Assembly (NCBI GenBank): GCA_030141605.1
Contig: JAQGDQ010000546.1
Span: 81,217 to 145,216, forward strand
Length of the DNA: 64,000 nt
Reading direction: 5' to 3'
From: Tubiluchus corallicola
Lineage: Eukaryota > Animalia > Priapulida
Numbering within the stretch: the first letter of the stretch is position 1; every line of letters starts with the position of its first letter. Positions 51,461 through 64,000 of the stretch are shown here, one piece after another. The position numbers and the translations under genes are program-made. Under the pieces are notes generated by a model. It searched no databases. It saw only the letters and a list, made by a program, of their open reading frames with translations, and was not told the DNA's origin.

Positions 51461-52751
51461 TGCAGAAATGAAGCCAATACGACTAAGTAGCTACTAATCG
51501 TCATAAAAATAAGATAATAATTGAATTTTTGAAATCAGTCTTGACCGGGTGTGAAAAATCGCGACAGAGCCTTGATTTGAACTGAAGACCTTTAGTATAT
51601 AAATTCAATGCAGCACCCCTCTAGGCCACACTTCCCTCTGTTATCAAAGTAGGTCTTGTTTCAAACCTAGTAGCTCATGAACCAATTTAATATTTTCAAG
51701 TTTTGAATTAAAAAAATCTCCCAATTAAAAAAGACAAAGAAAAGATATTAGTTATTGACGTGTCTCACTCTCTTCTGGCCAATGACTTTATGCTTCTATT
51801 TCTCGCTTGTATTTTATCTGCTGTGATTCTAAACACTTTTATTGCACAACTTTTGGACACACAGTACATGCATATAAAACTCCTCTGGTTACAGAGAATA
51901 TACAAAACACACAAGAAATAAAAAAATTGAAGTTAGTATCTACGTAACAATTAGGCAAGGGTATTATTAGTATAAGAAAGAGGCTATCTAGTAAGTATGA
52001 GGCAAATAAATGTATAATAATTCATAACATATCAGTTGAAAATATTGAATTTAGCTAAGGTTAAACGTTTACTTTCTTTAATATAATTATACACAACAGT
52101 AAATATCCTACAATTTCTTGAGATACTACTGTCCTAAAGTCTATTAAGTAAAATGTGTGTTTTAACACTATTATTCAAGTTTTCGTAACTTCCAAGGTCT
52201 TCGTTGAAAAATAGATTTGACATTGATAGTATCATGCAACGTCTGCAGGAATGTTTTGTGTTTCTTCTAGGCTTGTCTAGCAGCAAATTCTGGGTTTTTC
52301 TTCTGCGTGCTTGTAGCCCTTTTAGCGTGATGACGTCTTAACTGTATTGATGCCCTGATACTATAAACATAAACACCTCAAAAATAGTATTAGTAATTCT
52401 ATGTGATTTTTTGCCATTTTTCTTTCACAGGTAGATGGACTAATGGAGTTTGAAACGTCGCGTTTACTTTTTCTTTTTTTGTTTATTTTTTTAATTGTGA
52501 AATTTTTCTTAATTTTTTGTCACTATTCTTCACATTAATAATTAATATATGTTGTATCCAAGTATCAACTAGCAAAGTAATAATTATTTAAGAATATTGT
52601 AAGCATAATTATTAAATAATTAGATTAATTAGAATACAAATATTAAAAATGCTAATTAACAGATAACTAACTCTAGTGTGAATCAACTTCGTTTAACACT
52701 TCAAAAAGTTATAGTTGTTAGTGAGCTATTAAGACTTATCGTGATCATTAG

Positions 52752-52822
52752 GAGGCCGAGTGGTCTAATTGTTGCTGTGTTAGAATTACAATACAAAAGC
52801 CGTTGGTTCAAATCTAAATTTA
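52752..52822 (+). mobile_element. Possible tRNA-derived SINE head
   Basis: A-box-like ggccgagtggtct and B-box-like ggttcaaatc at tRNA-like spacing; no convincing cloverleaf. A similar minus-strand pair lies at ~51567-51630. Confidence 0.3.
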
Positions 52823-53883
52823 GTTCTGAATTTTTCACATTTCCCCTCTTTCAGCCAAGTTTGGCTTCAGAAAATCAATTATTGTGTGATCTACCCACCA
52901 ATAACTAAAATACTAAAATTAAGATTATAAAAACTAACAAACTGCATAAGAGCTTTTCTGAATTATCTATAAAATAATGTTGTGTTAGTTTCTTAAAGAC
53001 AACCATTATAGTGATTAAACGGCATTGGATGCTCTTATCTAATTCGAAGAAAAAAGTTTGATACAGCGAAAAAATGCTTTTATAAAAATCTGTCTCCCTT
53101 CACTCAGTCAGCGACCTCAGTTTATAGACAGTTTACTTTCCACTTCATGAGACTCTTACACTCTTTCAGCCTTAAAACAAACCTGTCATTTTCAGCAAAA
53201 TTCCATGTAAATCCCAGGCTCTTCTGAAACTTGCACACAAAATACCACATCCGTCTCACCGAGAGCAACTGACAGACTTATTACCTAGCGCTTTCAACTT
53301 ACCTGCGCAATCAATACCTGGTTTCATTGAGCGAGCAGGTGCGCTGATGACTTTAATCGCGTGCTTGCAGTCGTACAGTAATTATACAATTCTCAGCACA
53401 TACTTTTTCTGATTACTTACACACAGCAAACATTTGTTTATTGAAGCAATGTATAATTAGATATTTTCTGAAATAATTAGATTCGTGCTAATTAAATATG
53501 CCAGCGACTGACATTCTCATTTTTTCTGTAATTGGTTGGAATATTTGCCAGCTGCATGTGGCAACCTGATGAGATGGATATTAATAGGATTGAGTGACTT
53601 AATTGCTTCAAAAAGCGAATACGGAATTGTGAGATAGAAACAGGAAGAGACAAATTGAGAGTATGAGAGTGCGAAATGGGAGCGAATAGCTGAGAACAAG
53701 TTGAATAAAAAATAAAGGACGATATAGAGCGAGGATGGAAAGAAGAAAAAGAAGTGGACACCTGAAGCAAAATAGGGAGAAAGCAAGAGAGATAGGTGAG
53801 AGAAAGAAGAAAGAGAAAAAAGGAGAAAGGGAAAGATTACAAGACTACTACAGAGGTAAAAGGCGGACTACAAAACTACTACA

Positions 53884-53887
<4 letters not shown>

Positions 53888-53942
<55 letters not shown>
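53888..53942 (+). repeat. (GA)n microsatellite upstream of the glycosyltransferase
   Basis: About 27 GA units. Confidence 0.97.
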
Positions 53943-53944
<2 letters not shown>

Positions 53945-54291
53945 TTTTAAAATCTAAGGTTTCTTCTGTAACGCCATTTTCTCTCGTTTGTGTCAGGCCT
54001 TTCCCTTGTATTGTACAGCTAAACGTAGAAAAGTCGGTTAAACGATACTAAACATAGAAAATCTCTGTGATTCTCAGCTAAACATTTTAAAATCTCTAGG
54101 AAGCCATTTAGCTGTCAAAATGCAATATATCTCTTCAACGTACAAGGTGTGTGTGAACATCTTTCTTTGTGCATTTCTCACCTTGTTGTTGTGCTGCCTT
54201 CATTTTTCCTCTCTCCGCTGTCGCCTTTAACGTCGTAGTTGACCAGTGAAGGTTATACTTCGGGGGTGGGCGTAACAGCGATGTAGTGATC

Positions 54292-56166
54292 ATGGCCACC
54301 CTAAATCAAATCTGGTTATTATACACTGTTACTGTGACTTTAATGTTAGTGCTGCTAATGAACAGTTTTCTACAGCTCGGAAACTCAAGAAATGGAAACA
54401 TTCGTTCGCGCAGATTTGAGAATCGTCTACAAAATGGTGACTGTGAGAAATTCGGCAAACCAGTCGAAACAAAAGTCCTAGACGTTGTGACAAAAGATGT
54501 CGTTCGTTACCAAAAAATCATCAACTATCTGCCATCGACGAAGAAGTTTCCTTCAGAAAGCTCACTGACTTTGGCAACCCAGTGCTCTTGGCATTACGTC
54601 CACCACTTGATGAACTTACTGGAGAAGCATAATGGCCCAATATCAGCAGCTCTGTACGTGCCCGGCGACAGCTTCAACTTCCTCGTGAACGCCATCATGC
54701 AGATGAGGAAGTGCTTTCCAAAGTTCAGCGAGCAAGTGACAATTTCGTTGTTTTTCCCTACAGACGCCGCTCCATGTATCACTAGCAGAGAGTTTAAACA
54801 AGTGCCAAAGGTGAACTGTAGCAGTCTTTTGTCACCTCTGACTGGAGGTCCCGATCTCTCGAAATATGGTGGTTATCCAATCAACGTTGGTCGGAATGCC
54901 GCTCGCCTAGCAGTTAGCTCAGAGTATGTCCTCCTGCTTGACGTGGAGTTAGTGCCAACACCTAACCTGACAGAAAAATTCTTTGAAATGATGGACAAAA
55001 AGCGAGATTTGATTGTGGATAATGCTGTGTACGTACTTCCGGTCTTTGAGGTGGCGGAAACGGGAGAAGCCCCAACAGACAAACGGGGATTAGTGCGGCT
55101 TCTACGCCAGGAAAAAGCAGTTCCGTTTCACTACGTGAGTGCTTTTTAAAGTAGTCCTTTCATGTTTCTATGTTCTCTGCTATTTTTGCTTTTATATTTC
55201 GCAATAAATTTTTGCATTCCTCCCTCTTCTCTCTCTTTCTCTTTTTCTTTCTCTTTTCCTTCCCTTTCCCTGTCTCCTCTCTCTTGATTTTTCAGTTTCG
55301 CTTTTACTTTCTTCCCATCTCTTGGCAGACATCTCCCCTTTTATCTCCATCACACACGCTCATACACGCCCACACGCTCAGCTTTTCGTTTCTTTCACGG
55401 TGTTTTGAAACTCAGACTTCCTAAATTCGTGTTTACCTAATTGTGCTTTTTCCTTGGCAGCAGTATTAATAGCAATATTACAGGCTTACAGTCGTCGCTT
55501 GTATTTTACAGTCTTCGTGCGACTATTGTCACACTATTCCATACCTGGGACTGTGGATCAATGCCAATCCATCCCGCGATTTGAGAGAGTTCTTTATGAA
55601 TAAGTGGGTTCCACCTGCCTGGGAACCGGTATACATAGGTAACATTTTAACACTAAGTCTTGTATTAGTGGTATCAGTAGCAGCAGCAACAAATGATGGT
55701 GATTGCGAACATGACGACGACAATGTTAGTGAACAGTCATAGTGATGATGACAATGCAGATGTCAGTGTCGATGTTGGTGTTGAACTAATGCTTCTTTCT
55801 CTTGCAGGAGATAACACAGAACCTATGCACGACGAGCGGTTCAGAGGTTACGGGCGCAACAAAATACAGCAGGTGTTTGAAATGTGTCTGCAAGATTACT
55901 CCTTTCATATTCTCGACAACGCGTTTCTTGTGCATAAAGGCACATCGGATAAATCAAAGAAAACAAAAAACGAAACAATGATACAGACGAATTTGGAAAT
56001 GTATCGTCACTATCTGAATGATATACTAGGGAAGTATTCTAACAGGCCTGATTTGCATGCCTATTGTCTACACGATAATCCAGAGGCCAGATCTCTAACT
56101 GTTGGTTATTTCGCTACTAAATACAACGTATTGAACGCTTTGATTGGCGTAGTACCGATGTTTTAA
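54292..56166 (+). CDS. B4GAT1: GT49 family glycosyltransferase, beta-1,4-glucuronyltransferase 1-like type II membrane protein, 3 exons
   Basis: Exons 54292-55134, 55512-55638, 55808-56166 with consistent phases; N-terminal TM; LTLATQCS, GPISAALY, YPINVGRNAAR, LLDVELVP, VYVLPVFEV, WEPVYIG, HDERFRGYGRNKIQQ, LDNAFLVHKG. Confidence 0.88.
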
Positions 56167-57062
56167 AACAAAACTAGATTAATTCATGTTTATAGACTGA
56201 GCTTGTTAAAGTTCTGCTGCTCACAACAGATCTCTAATATAGCGAAGATAAACTATAAATTGTTTTACTGTTTTCTGCCTTCTGAGATGAAATTTATGTG
56301 TAAGAAAGTACAGAAACTCGGTAATCGCAAAATTTTCAAGAAATTGTTGCAACTCAGTTGAAATTTTTTTGATGGACGAAACTTTGTTACATCACGGGGC
56401 CAAACTTAACAACTTTGAACTTTCAAATAGCTTTCAACCAGATATATGACTTATCCCAGATTCTAATTTACATTCTAATGTTAGCCTTATCTATCTTTAA
56501 TTTTATAATTATGTTGTCGAACATTCAAAGAAAACGGTCGATAAAACTACTGATTGCTACCGATTACTTAAGTGCCTACATACACAAGTTATAGGAAACA
56601 ATTTTTTTCATAACAATTTTATGTTTGTTACACCTTTCGAAAATATTTTATCATAAGTGTCATACGAAATTAAGTATTGACTGAATAAGCTCATTCAACT
56701 AACCATCTTCTCAATAAATAATGCCATCTCTAACCAGCTTTCATGTACGTAACACAGAAATAATTTGTGTTATATGCCGCATTTTTTCCTGTTGCAATTA
56801 AATGGATTACAAATTGAATGTATTGACCAACTCACAATGTGCATCAGTTTTTTCTCAGCTCTTGTTTACTAAAGATGACAAAATGTGACTGGACATCAAA
56901 ATGATCCGGAGTTATCTGCAGTCACTTGATAGTTATAGGTATTTGGCAATAAAAAAGTAGTACCGCCTCGCAAAGCCTTGAATTCGAAAAGTGGCTAACG
57001 CTGATTTCAAGTGATATGGAACATGTAACGTTCTCTTTCTGTGTGAGCATCTTCATTGCAGT

Positions 57063-57957
57063 TGTTGGGAGCCGTTTGGACCACTGCGCCAAGTAGACCA
57101 ATTGGTCTACTTGGGCTAGCCCAAGTAGGACACTAGAGACAGGTCGTGAATTCAGTCGTTAAGTGTACTGACACCGTCCGTTGTGCTTGTTTATGTAATA
57201 ATAATAATTAAAAACGTTAACACACGTTGAATAATTTATTATACATCTAATAAAATAAAAGAATTTTATTCTGAGCTGGTAGAACGGACAATATTAAATT
57301 TGGTTTCGATATTAATGTTGTTGAAGTGAAAAAACCCCACTTTTTTGCGAATTCAACATTTGTTTAAGGTATATCATTTTTGATTTTGTCTCACTTCACA
57401 AACAGGTGATCCGTTTCAATACCTCTTGGGCAAATAATTGTTTTCTTGTAAGTAAACGTTCTAGCGATCTATGTGTTCTACATGGGCTAGCGAGCCATGT
57501 AGGACAGTGCCCTACATGTTACAATACTACTGATAATATTAAAACTAATTATCCTTGCTTTTCTTAAATGTTAAAAATTACTTTTCGGTGTTGTGAAGGC
57601 TTAGCAGCATTTGTCTCATTTTTAAATTTGCAATTATTTCTGTAATAACTGTGTGCAGAATTTCTCTCTTTAAAGCATTAGATACTAGGTTTAATGTTAT
57701 GATATAGTAATGGAGTTAATCATAATGATGAAATTATTGTAAGAAATGCATTTGTAAATTGCCAAGGAATATCCATTTCTAAAAGAAATTTTGTTTTATG
57801 CTTTATTATGTCATAACAATACTTATAAACAATGGTAATATAAACTGTAAACAAGTTTTGCCAGAGCAAGTTTCTCTACATGGGCTGCCCATGTAGGACA
57901 CTACTTTTAGCGCATCAAGTGGTCTACTTGGCGCAGTGGTCCAAACGGCTCCCAACA
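57063..57957. mobile_element. Non-autonomous DNA element with 38-bp perfect TIRs (TGT...ACA) and a 5-bp TSD
   Basis: tgttgggagccgtttggaccactgcgccaagtagacca at 57063-57100 and its exact reverse complement at 57920-57957; GCAGT flanks both ends (57058-57062, 57958-57962). Confidence 0.9.
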
Positions 57958-59301
57958 GCAGTAGCTAGGGGTGGGGGTGGAGGCGGCGGTCCGCCCCCAG
58001 CGGCACTTTTCAGAGGGCGGTACTTTAATCAAGTGCACTGAAAAAGTTGATTCTATCAGAATAGTAGAAAGGTACAGTACCTGGCAATTTAATTTTCGAG
58101 GAAAATGCCGCTTACAGCGTCTTCTGCTGATTACGACGAAGTAAGATAATTAGTAATATTAGTAATCGTTGTAATATTTGTCTTTGCTGTCAAAGTTTCT
58201 GCACAGTATAAGTTTTGAATTAACTCAACTTAACTGTGAAATACATTTATAATTTCTTGCGTTTACGTACGTACCTTAGGTATCGTAACATTTGAAGCAT
58301 GTAGGGTGAATTTATTTCTTCACAAAGATTTTTTTCAATAGTACTTAATTTATCAATTTATCTCCGCAATCCATCGCACCTGAGCGGCAACACTTTTAAA
58401 TTTATGAATCTAACATGAGGAGGAGGGGTTGGGAGAGGATGTCAAATTCAAGTACCGTAACAGGTGCTGCTCTCTAGCTACGACGCTGTGCGTCTTTCTT
58501 TTAGGGCTACCCTGGTCCCAACTGATGCAACAAATTAAATTTGCGATTCGCTGATACACACTATATCTCTTGATATTATTTTTCCTAGAGAGGCGAACGA
58601 CCTTTGAATCGAGGTCATAAAGCCTTTAATAAATTAAGACAAAATGGTTAGTTTATTAGTTAGACTATTGACTATAATTTCACCCTAATTCATTTATGTT
58701 CATGCCGCATTCTGAAGTGTTGCAATATATAAAAGTTGGCTAAAATTAACTAATAAAAGTTTAAACATTATTTCGATTTTTATCTTTCAAAGGATTTTCC
58801 GCTTCATTTCTTGAATTTTAAGCCACTCTTCTCGCAGAACAAAAAATATATCGTATTCTTGTCTTCCCACTGTTTAGAGAGGTTTTTAGCCTACGCAAAA
58901 GATAATAGCTTTTAATCAATGTACAAAAATGCATGTACGTGTACAATTTTCACATTTCTGCAAGTTTAATAACTGACTCATAACCTAAGCAGAGGACTAT
59001 AACTGAAAATGGGTTAAAATATTCACTGCAGATTTTTAATGCAGCTAATAATTGAGAAAAATATGTAACTAAGAAAAGCGCAATGGTGATATTTATTTAA
59101 AAGGCTTTCAGCTGGGATTATTTAAACGAGGTCTGGCTATTAATCAAGCTGTAAAACCTTTTTCATTTTTGCTAACATGCAAACATACGACTTGATCTTT
59201 CGACTTGAGTAGTCACACGGCTAAACTTCAGAGATAAGGTATTTATGCATTTATGGTCAACGTGGTATGTGAAATCGGTTTGTATATCAAGTGCCGTGGC
59301 A

Positions 59302-61626
59302 ATGGGGAGTCTCATAACTTTCGTATTTTGTGTTATCACGTCTTGGGTAATATGGTTGGCCTGGAAGATCTCCTATGTGCCCGGTAGGAGGAAGGATTAT
59401 GATGTGATTCCAGCAGGACCTCGTGTGCCCATTCTCGGGAACTTCGCCCAGCTATACCGGAAATACTCAGCAGGTAAGCAGTACTCTCAGTGCTGTGAAT
59501 GGCTCAGTCCTTTCAAACCAGGAATGTAAGTAAAAATGGCACAGGAAAACTTGTCACGGTAACAAAAGGCACTAAGAAGAACAGAACAGGGAAAAATGAC
59601 ACAAATGGAAGAGTAGGAAAAATGGCACGTGTTGTCTTAATGTAAATAATTTCTATAACGAACTAGAATGCGCTTAATAGGAAGTAGATTTCCGCCAAGA
59701 TCGAAAAATCCTAAACATCGTGTGATTATTTTGAATGAAAAAACAAAACAAAAATAAACAAGCAGTATTGGTACTATATAGACTAGCAAAGGATTCGTAA
59801 AATAGTTTGCTCATTAAATAGAATTATAATCAATAATGCACGAACATTTCACATAGCGTTTGTCTACCATATGGCGATGTTAACAGTCGGACAAATATTC
59901 ATATTTATATATCAAGTCAGCTTACAAGTATAAACACATGTATAAACAAAGGTTACCAACAGCGTTGTTCAGTTTTCAAAGCGAGAATTTCTTGAAATCG
60001 AACCTGGAACTTAGTCGTCGTTGCTTGTTCTGGTCGAGATCATAAAAAGGAAGTACGGTATCTTGTAGCCAAGTCCTCTACTTTTGAAAGGAGTTATAAC
60101 ATTCCGTCAGAGATATCAACGAAGTGCTTCACGAATGTTTTTGCACGTGGTGTTGGGTCAAGTTATGTGAAAACCGATTTTGGCAACTAAACAAACAACT
60201 AAACAAATAGTGTTGAAGCACCATTCACATGCAAGCACCATGATCGAAATTGTATTGGCATCACACCTATCATTTGTTAGCTTTTTGTTCTTTTTTTCTA
60301 GTGACTTATGCCTTAAATACATGCTATTTACTTGTATACTTATTTGCGAGTGTTAATTCTGTGAGCAAGTCTACCTTTTTGTCTTTTGTTAAACATTTTA
60401 TAAAGATATATAACCAATATTCCTTGTCTTAAGAAAATTTCAGAGCTTTCTTGATGTATGTGGCAAAGTACACCAGGGACGGATTGGTACTGAGTCAGAT
60501 GATGAATTACCCTGTCCTGTTCGTAAGCAGTGCAAAAACAGCTGAGGTGCGTACTGCTTGTTCTTCTTTTATAGTATATTAGTTAGTCGTAAACTTGATT
60601 TTTGTGGCATTATAAGATTTTAAGATGATTGTTTAACAATAAAAGTCTCAAAAAGTGTTAACAACGTTAAAAGCGCAAATTCCATAAATCAGTTTAATTA
60701 CTCAATTACCAACCTGCATGATGGATAGATGCTGCCTTACAAAAATGAACATCGCAATATTCGTTTTGCTTGCAATTCTAACTGAAAAGGACAGTTAACG
60801 ATCAAACAATTTTTAGTGCATTTAACTGTACAATTAGAAGTATTGAAATTACCATACAAAAGCCTTGCTTGAAAATAAAAGAGGCATTTCCTTTATCACA
60901 CCATATAATCAATATAATTACACAAGGGAAATTATAATTATTTTTACCTTTTGCCAAACTAACCGGGCTGCGGATATCTTTGAAATGTATGATGTAATTA
61001 GCCAAATTAATGCCGCCCCGCTTCCTCAAATGCTTCCTCATATATGACATATTTTTAGTAAAAAATTAACTTACCTTTACGGCATTGATAGTGCATGTTT
61101 CCTTCTGCTATACTCATGATATCATTGTTCATTCAAAAACGACCGTGTCTAGGTGTGAAATGATTACTAATTATTACACCAAGTATTGAACGCACCTTTA
61201 TTGCTGAAATAATAGTTCTTAACAGACAATACAAGCTTGCCATGAGGTTTTTATCGTCAACTGTAAATAACAATCCTACAACTACATATCAGAGATTATT
61301 ATTACCCACTTTTAAGGTAAATACCACGCGATAGGCTGGGCAAGAGCAGATACAATTTTTAGTCTTTGGTATGACCACTAGGCTGTGCCGTCTGGTTGAA
61401 GTTTCTGATTTTTACTTGAACATTGAAAACAAGCCTAATGTCCTAGGAACCTTAAACGTTATTTTGTTATGACTGAGTCTCTTACAGCGTATAACGCCAG
61501 AAAATTAACCATGTGAAATGTCACTCATTTTTGTTAACAGGTTATTCTCAGTTCAAAGAAGCACATGGATAAAGCACCAGAATACAAGTTTCTTCAACCG
61601 TGGTTAGGAACAGGGTTATTAATCAG
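59302..61626 (+). CDS. Cytochrome P450, CYP4 clan (CYP4V/4C-like), first three exons; gene continues past the right edge
   Basis: Exon 1 59302 (or 59245)-59473: TM anchor and Pro-rich IPAGPRVPILGN; exon 2 ~60434-60546 (...LFVSSAKTAE); exon 3 61541-61626 [29 protein letters not shown], the CYP4 PWLG.GLL.S motif. Confidence 0.85.
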
Positions 61627-61738
61627 GTATAGTAATTATTAATTACTGGTTACTAATTAGTGATTTGATGCCTTTGTCTGTTCGATTAAAAGTTTAACAT
61701 AGGCAGGTGAGCTACACCACAATACTTACAAACTTAAA

Positions 61739-62030
61739 ATGCGTATAAGCGTACAAGATGAATTGCATGTAGTTCTGACCTGTAAGAAAACGGATTGTAT
61801 AAGAAGCAAGTGTAACGCAACTTTAAATACTTTGAATGGTTTTTGTAATCTTGATAATGAAGTATTAGCTAATTTTTTAAAGTTATGTTTTACGCCTTTT
61901 CAGCTGAATTGTTTGGTATTAGTACTAATTTTAATGTTGTAAATATGAAAAATTGTTTTTGCGGACTACTGTATTATAATTACGGTAATAACATGATGAC
62001 GGACGTATTATAATTATGTGGCAATAAACC
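61739..62030 (+). mobile_element. Extreme 3' remnant of a LINE in CYP intron 3
   Basis: VQDELHVVLTCKKTDCIRSK resembles the DExHxxxxC..R motif at LINE ORF2 C-termini; AATAAA follows at ~62023. Confidence 0.45.
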
Positions 62031-62944
62031 AATAGTCCTACTGCTATACTATTATTCTTTAATATTTAAAAAACCAACATCACGTGGTTTAATAAAAAGT
62101 CATTTTATGACTTAGGGACCTTGGTTTTAGTAACCCTGTTATTTCAGGTTACAAATACAATGTCATATAATTTTTGTATTTTAGGTTGGTAAAGAAAGCT
62201 TCTAGTAAGGGGGGTATATCTAGAACAAATTGCCTAGGACCTAGAATTTCTTCAAGTTCTGTTAGAACATGGTCTCAGGACCCTCTACAAAAATCGGTCA
62301 AAATCGGCTTTGAGTTATACGCATAAATCCAAAATGGCGTCTATTGGAGTCAAAAATCAGTTATATCTCCTAAATCATCGAGCCTAGATGAAAAATATGT
62401 ATTATCGACTGACAGGAAAGTGCACCCGGGGATTCCTAAAATGGGTTGTTTTTCATCTGTGACGTCACGATTACGTCACAATACTATTATGGCGTAATTA
62501 AGAACATCACATTCTTCACTGTTGGTGAAAATGGGTCATTCGAATTGATCTTTCAATATCAGTACTTGCAATAGCGTTCAAAATCAGTTACATATTGACC
62601 TAGCATGTCATCAGCGTCCATTCACATTATTTCATTAGCATCTAGATGGTGCCTATGGGGGTTAAAAGCTGACTGCTTCTCCTAAACAATTGACCTAGCC
62701 GATAATGATGTGTTAATGACTAATCGAAAAATGCAATAATTGAAAAATAAGAATTCAAAAATGCTGCCATTTTTTAACTATGATGTCAAAATACCACTGT
62801 CAGGTCACTCAGAGCATTATTGCTGTTCATTTTATTTTGAGTGCTTGGGAGTGGCAACTAGCACATGGAAGGAAGCAGCTCTGCCGTTAGCTAGGTCCAT
62901 CATTTTGGTAATGTGTTACACTGAAGACAATTGGTGAGCTGTGG

Positions 62945-63620
62945 AGGGGGATGGATGAGACAAGTTTGTTGGCAAACGGCAGGAGGCAGCGGGAAGGACG
63001 CCGGGCCGAGACAGACTCGTCCATGCATGCCACATGTGGCAGAAGGGACTAAGACGTTGCTTGATAATAATGATTCAGTGGAAGGAGTCCAGGCAGCTGA
63101 GGCATCAACATGTATCGCTGCCAACAACAGAATCGACATCACATAGGTGTCCAGTAGATGGAGTTTGGTCATCGAGCGGATACATGAACCAACCCTCACC
63201 AGGCGGCCAAAAGTGCTCCTTGTTAGCTGGAGGAGTCTGACATTCAAGTGGTTGGGAAGAGTTGGTGCATGATGTATCTTCTCAGTTCGTTAGAAAAACA
63301 GCAAACACACAAATAGGCCACTGTACAGTGCACAAAGACGATACAGGACATCGTAATATTAGAAGAAGTTTGGATGAAAGGGATGGCCAACCCGTCACTG
63401 TTCCTCTGAACTGTATCTTATTTTGCACCCGCTAGTTTCATTTTGACACCAAAGAAGACTTATACTGGAGAACGAGTAACACAATTCCAGTGATCACCAT
63501 TGTCAAGCCATGCCATGTTAGTCTTTTCCGCCACATGTGGCATGCATGGACGAGTCTGTCTCGGCCCGACGTCCTTCCCGCTGCCTCTTGCCGTCTGCCA
63601 ACCAACTCGTTTCACCCCCC
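62945..63620. repeat. Fold-back element with ~105-bp GC-rich inverted arms
   Basis: gaggcagcgggaaggacgccgggccgagacagactcgtccatgcatgccacatgtggc (~62982-63040) is mirrored with few mismatches at ~63530-63588. Confidence 0.88.
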
Positions 63621-64000
63621 TTCTGATTTTGGACAAAATTTTTAGTCAGCAGAACACGTTCTATACAATAACCACTCATGAGAAAAACAAATTGATCATT
63701 ATTATTATTAATAAAACTAAATTCTATTGCTACTTCATTACCTCTAGGAAGCTCACTAGTTTAGAACAGGTGTCACCTCACCTTTGACTCAAAATTACAT
63801 ACCAATATATTGATATACACGCACATAACTTTCATTTGTTTTCTTGTGATCTATTATTTTTACAGGTATAAGGCAGCTTTAAGATTTAGCAAATCGTTCT
63901 AATGCTTATTATTCAGAGAAAACATTAATTTGGTGTGTTGTAACTGTTACTGCAAAGGGGACTGTTACCGCCTAAATCCGCCACTGATAACCTTAATTAA

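Noticed and set aside
54930-54960. DVE instead of DxD as evidence of an inactive glycosyltransferase
   Set aside because: From recall, DxE occurs in invertebrate GT49 members, and all other motifs are intact.
63855-64000. Possible CYP exon 4 after ttttacag
   Set aside because: Downstream sequence does not encode the expected G.KW..RR..LTP.FHF segment.

Overview
AT-rich, intron-rich genomic DNA of an invertebrate animal; the taxon cannot be determined from this window. In order, it holds: the 5' part of the cohesin gene SMC1 (minus strand, 18 coding exons read, running off the left edge); two decayed LINEs (CR1-like and RTE-like); an intronless cyclin L; a 12-exon SLC23/NAT nucleobase-ascorbate transporter with altered substrate-site residues; an essentially single-exon ~1000-aa protein fusing 12-13 ankyrin repeats to a cGAS-like (Mab-21/cGLR) nucleotidyltransferase with an apparently intact catalytic triad; a single-exon orphan class A GPCR; a GT49/B4GAT1-like glycosyltransferase; and the first three exons of a CYP4-clan P450. 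Several non-autonomous DNA elements with readable TIRs/TSDs, fold-back repeats and microsatellites are interspersed. The best candidate for an undescribed system is the ankyrin-cGLR, a putative innate immune sensor and nucleotide second-messenger synthase. All calls come from manual motif reading; no database search was run.
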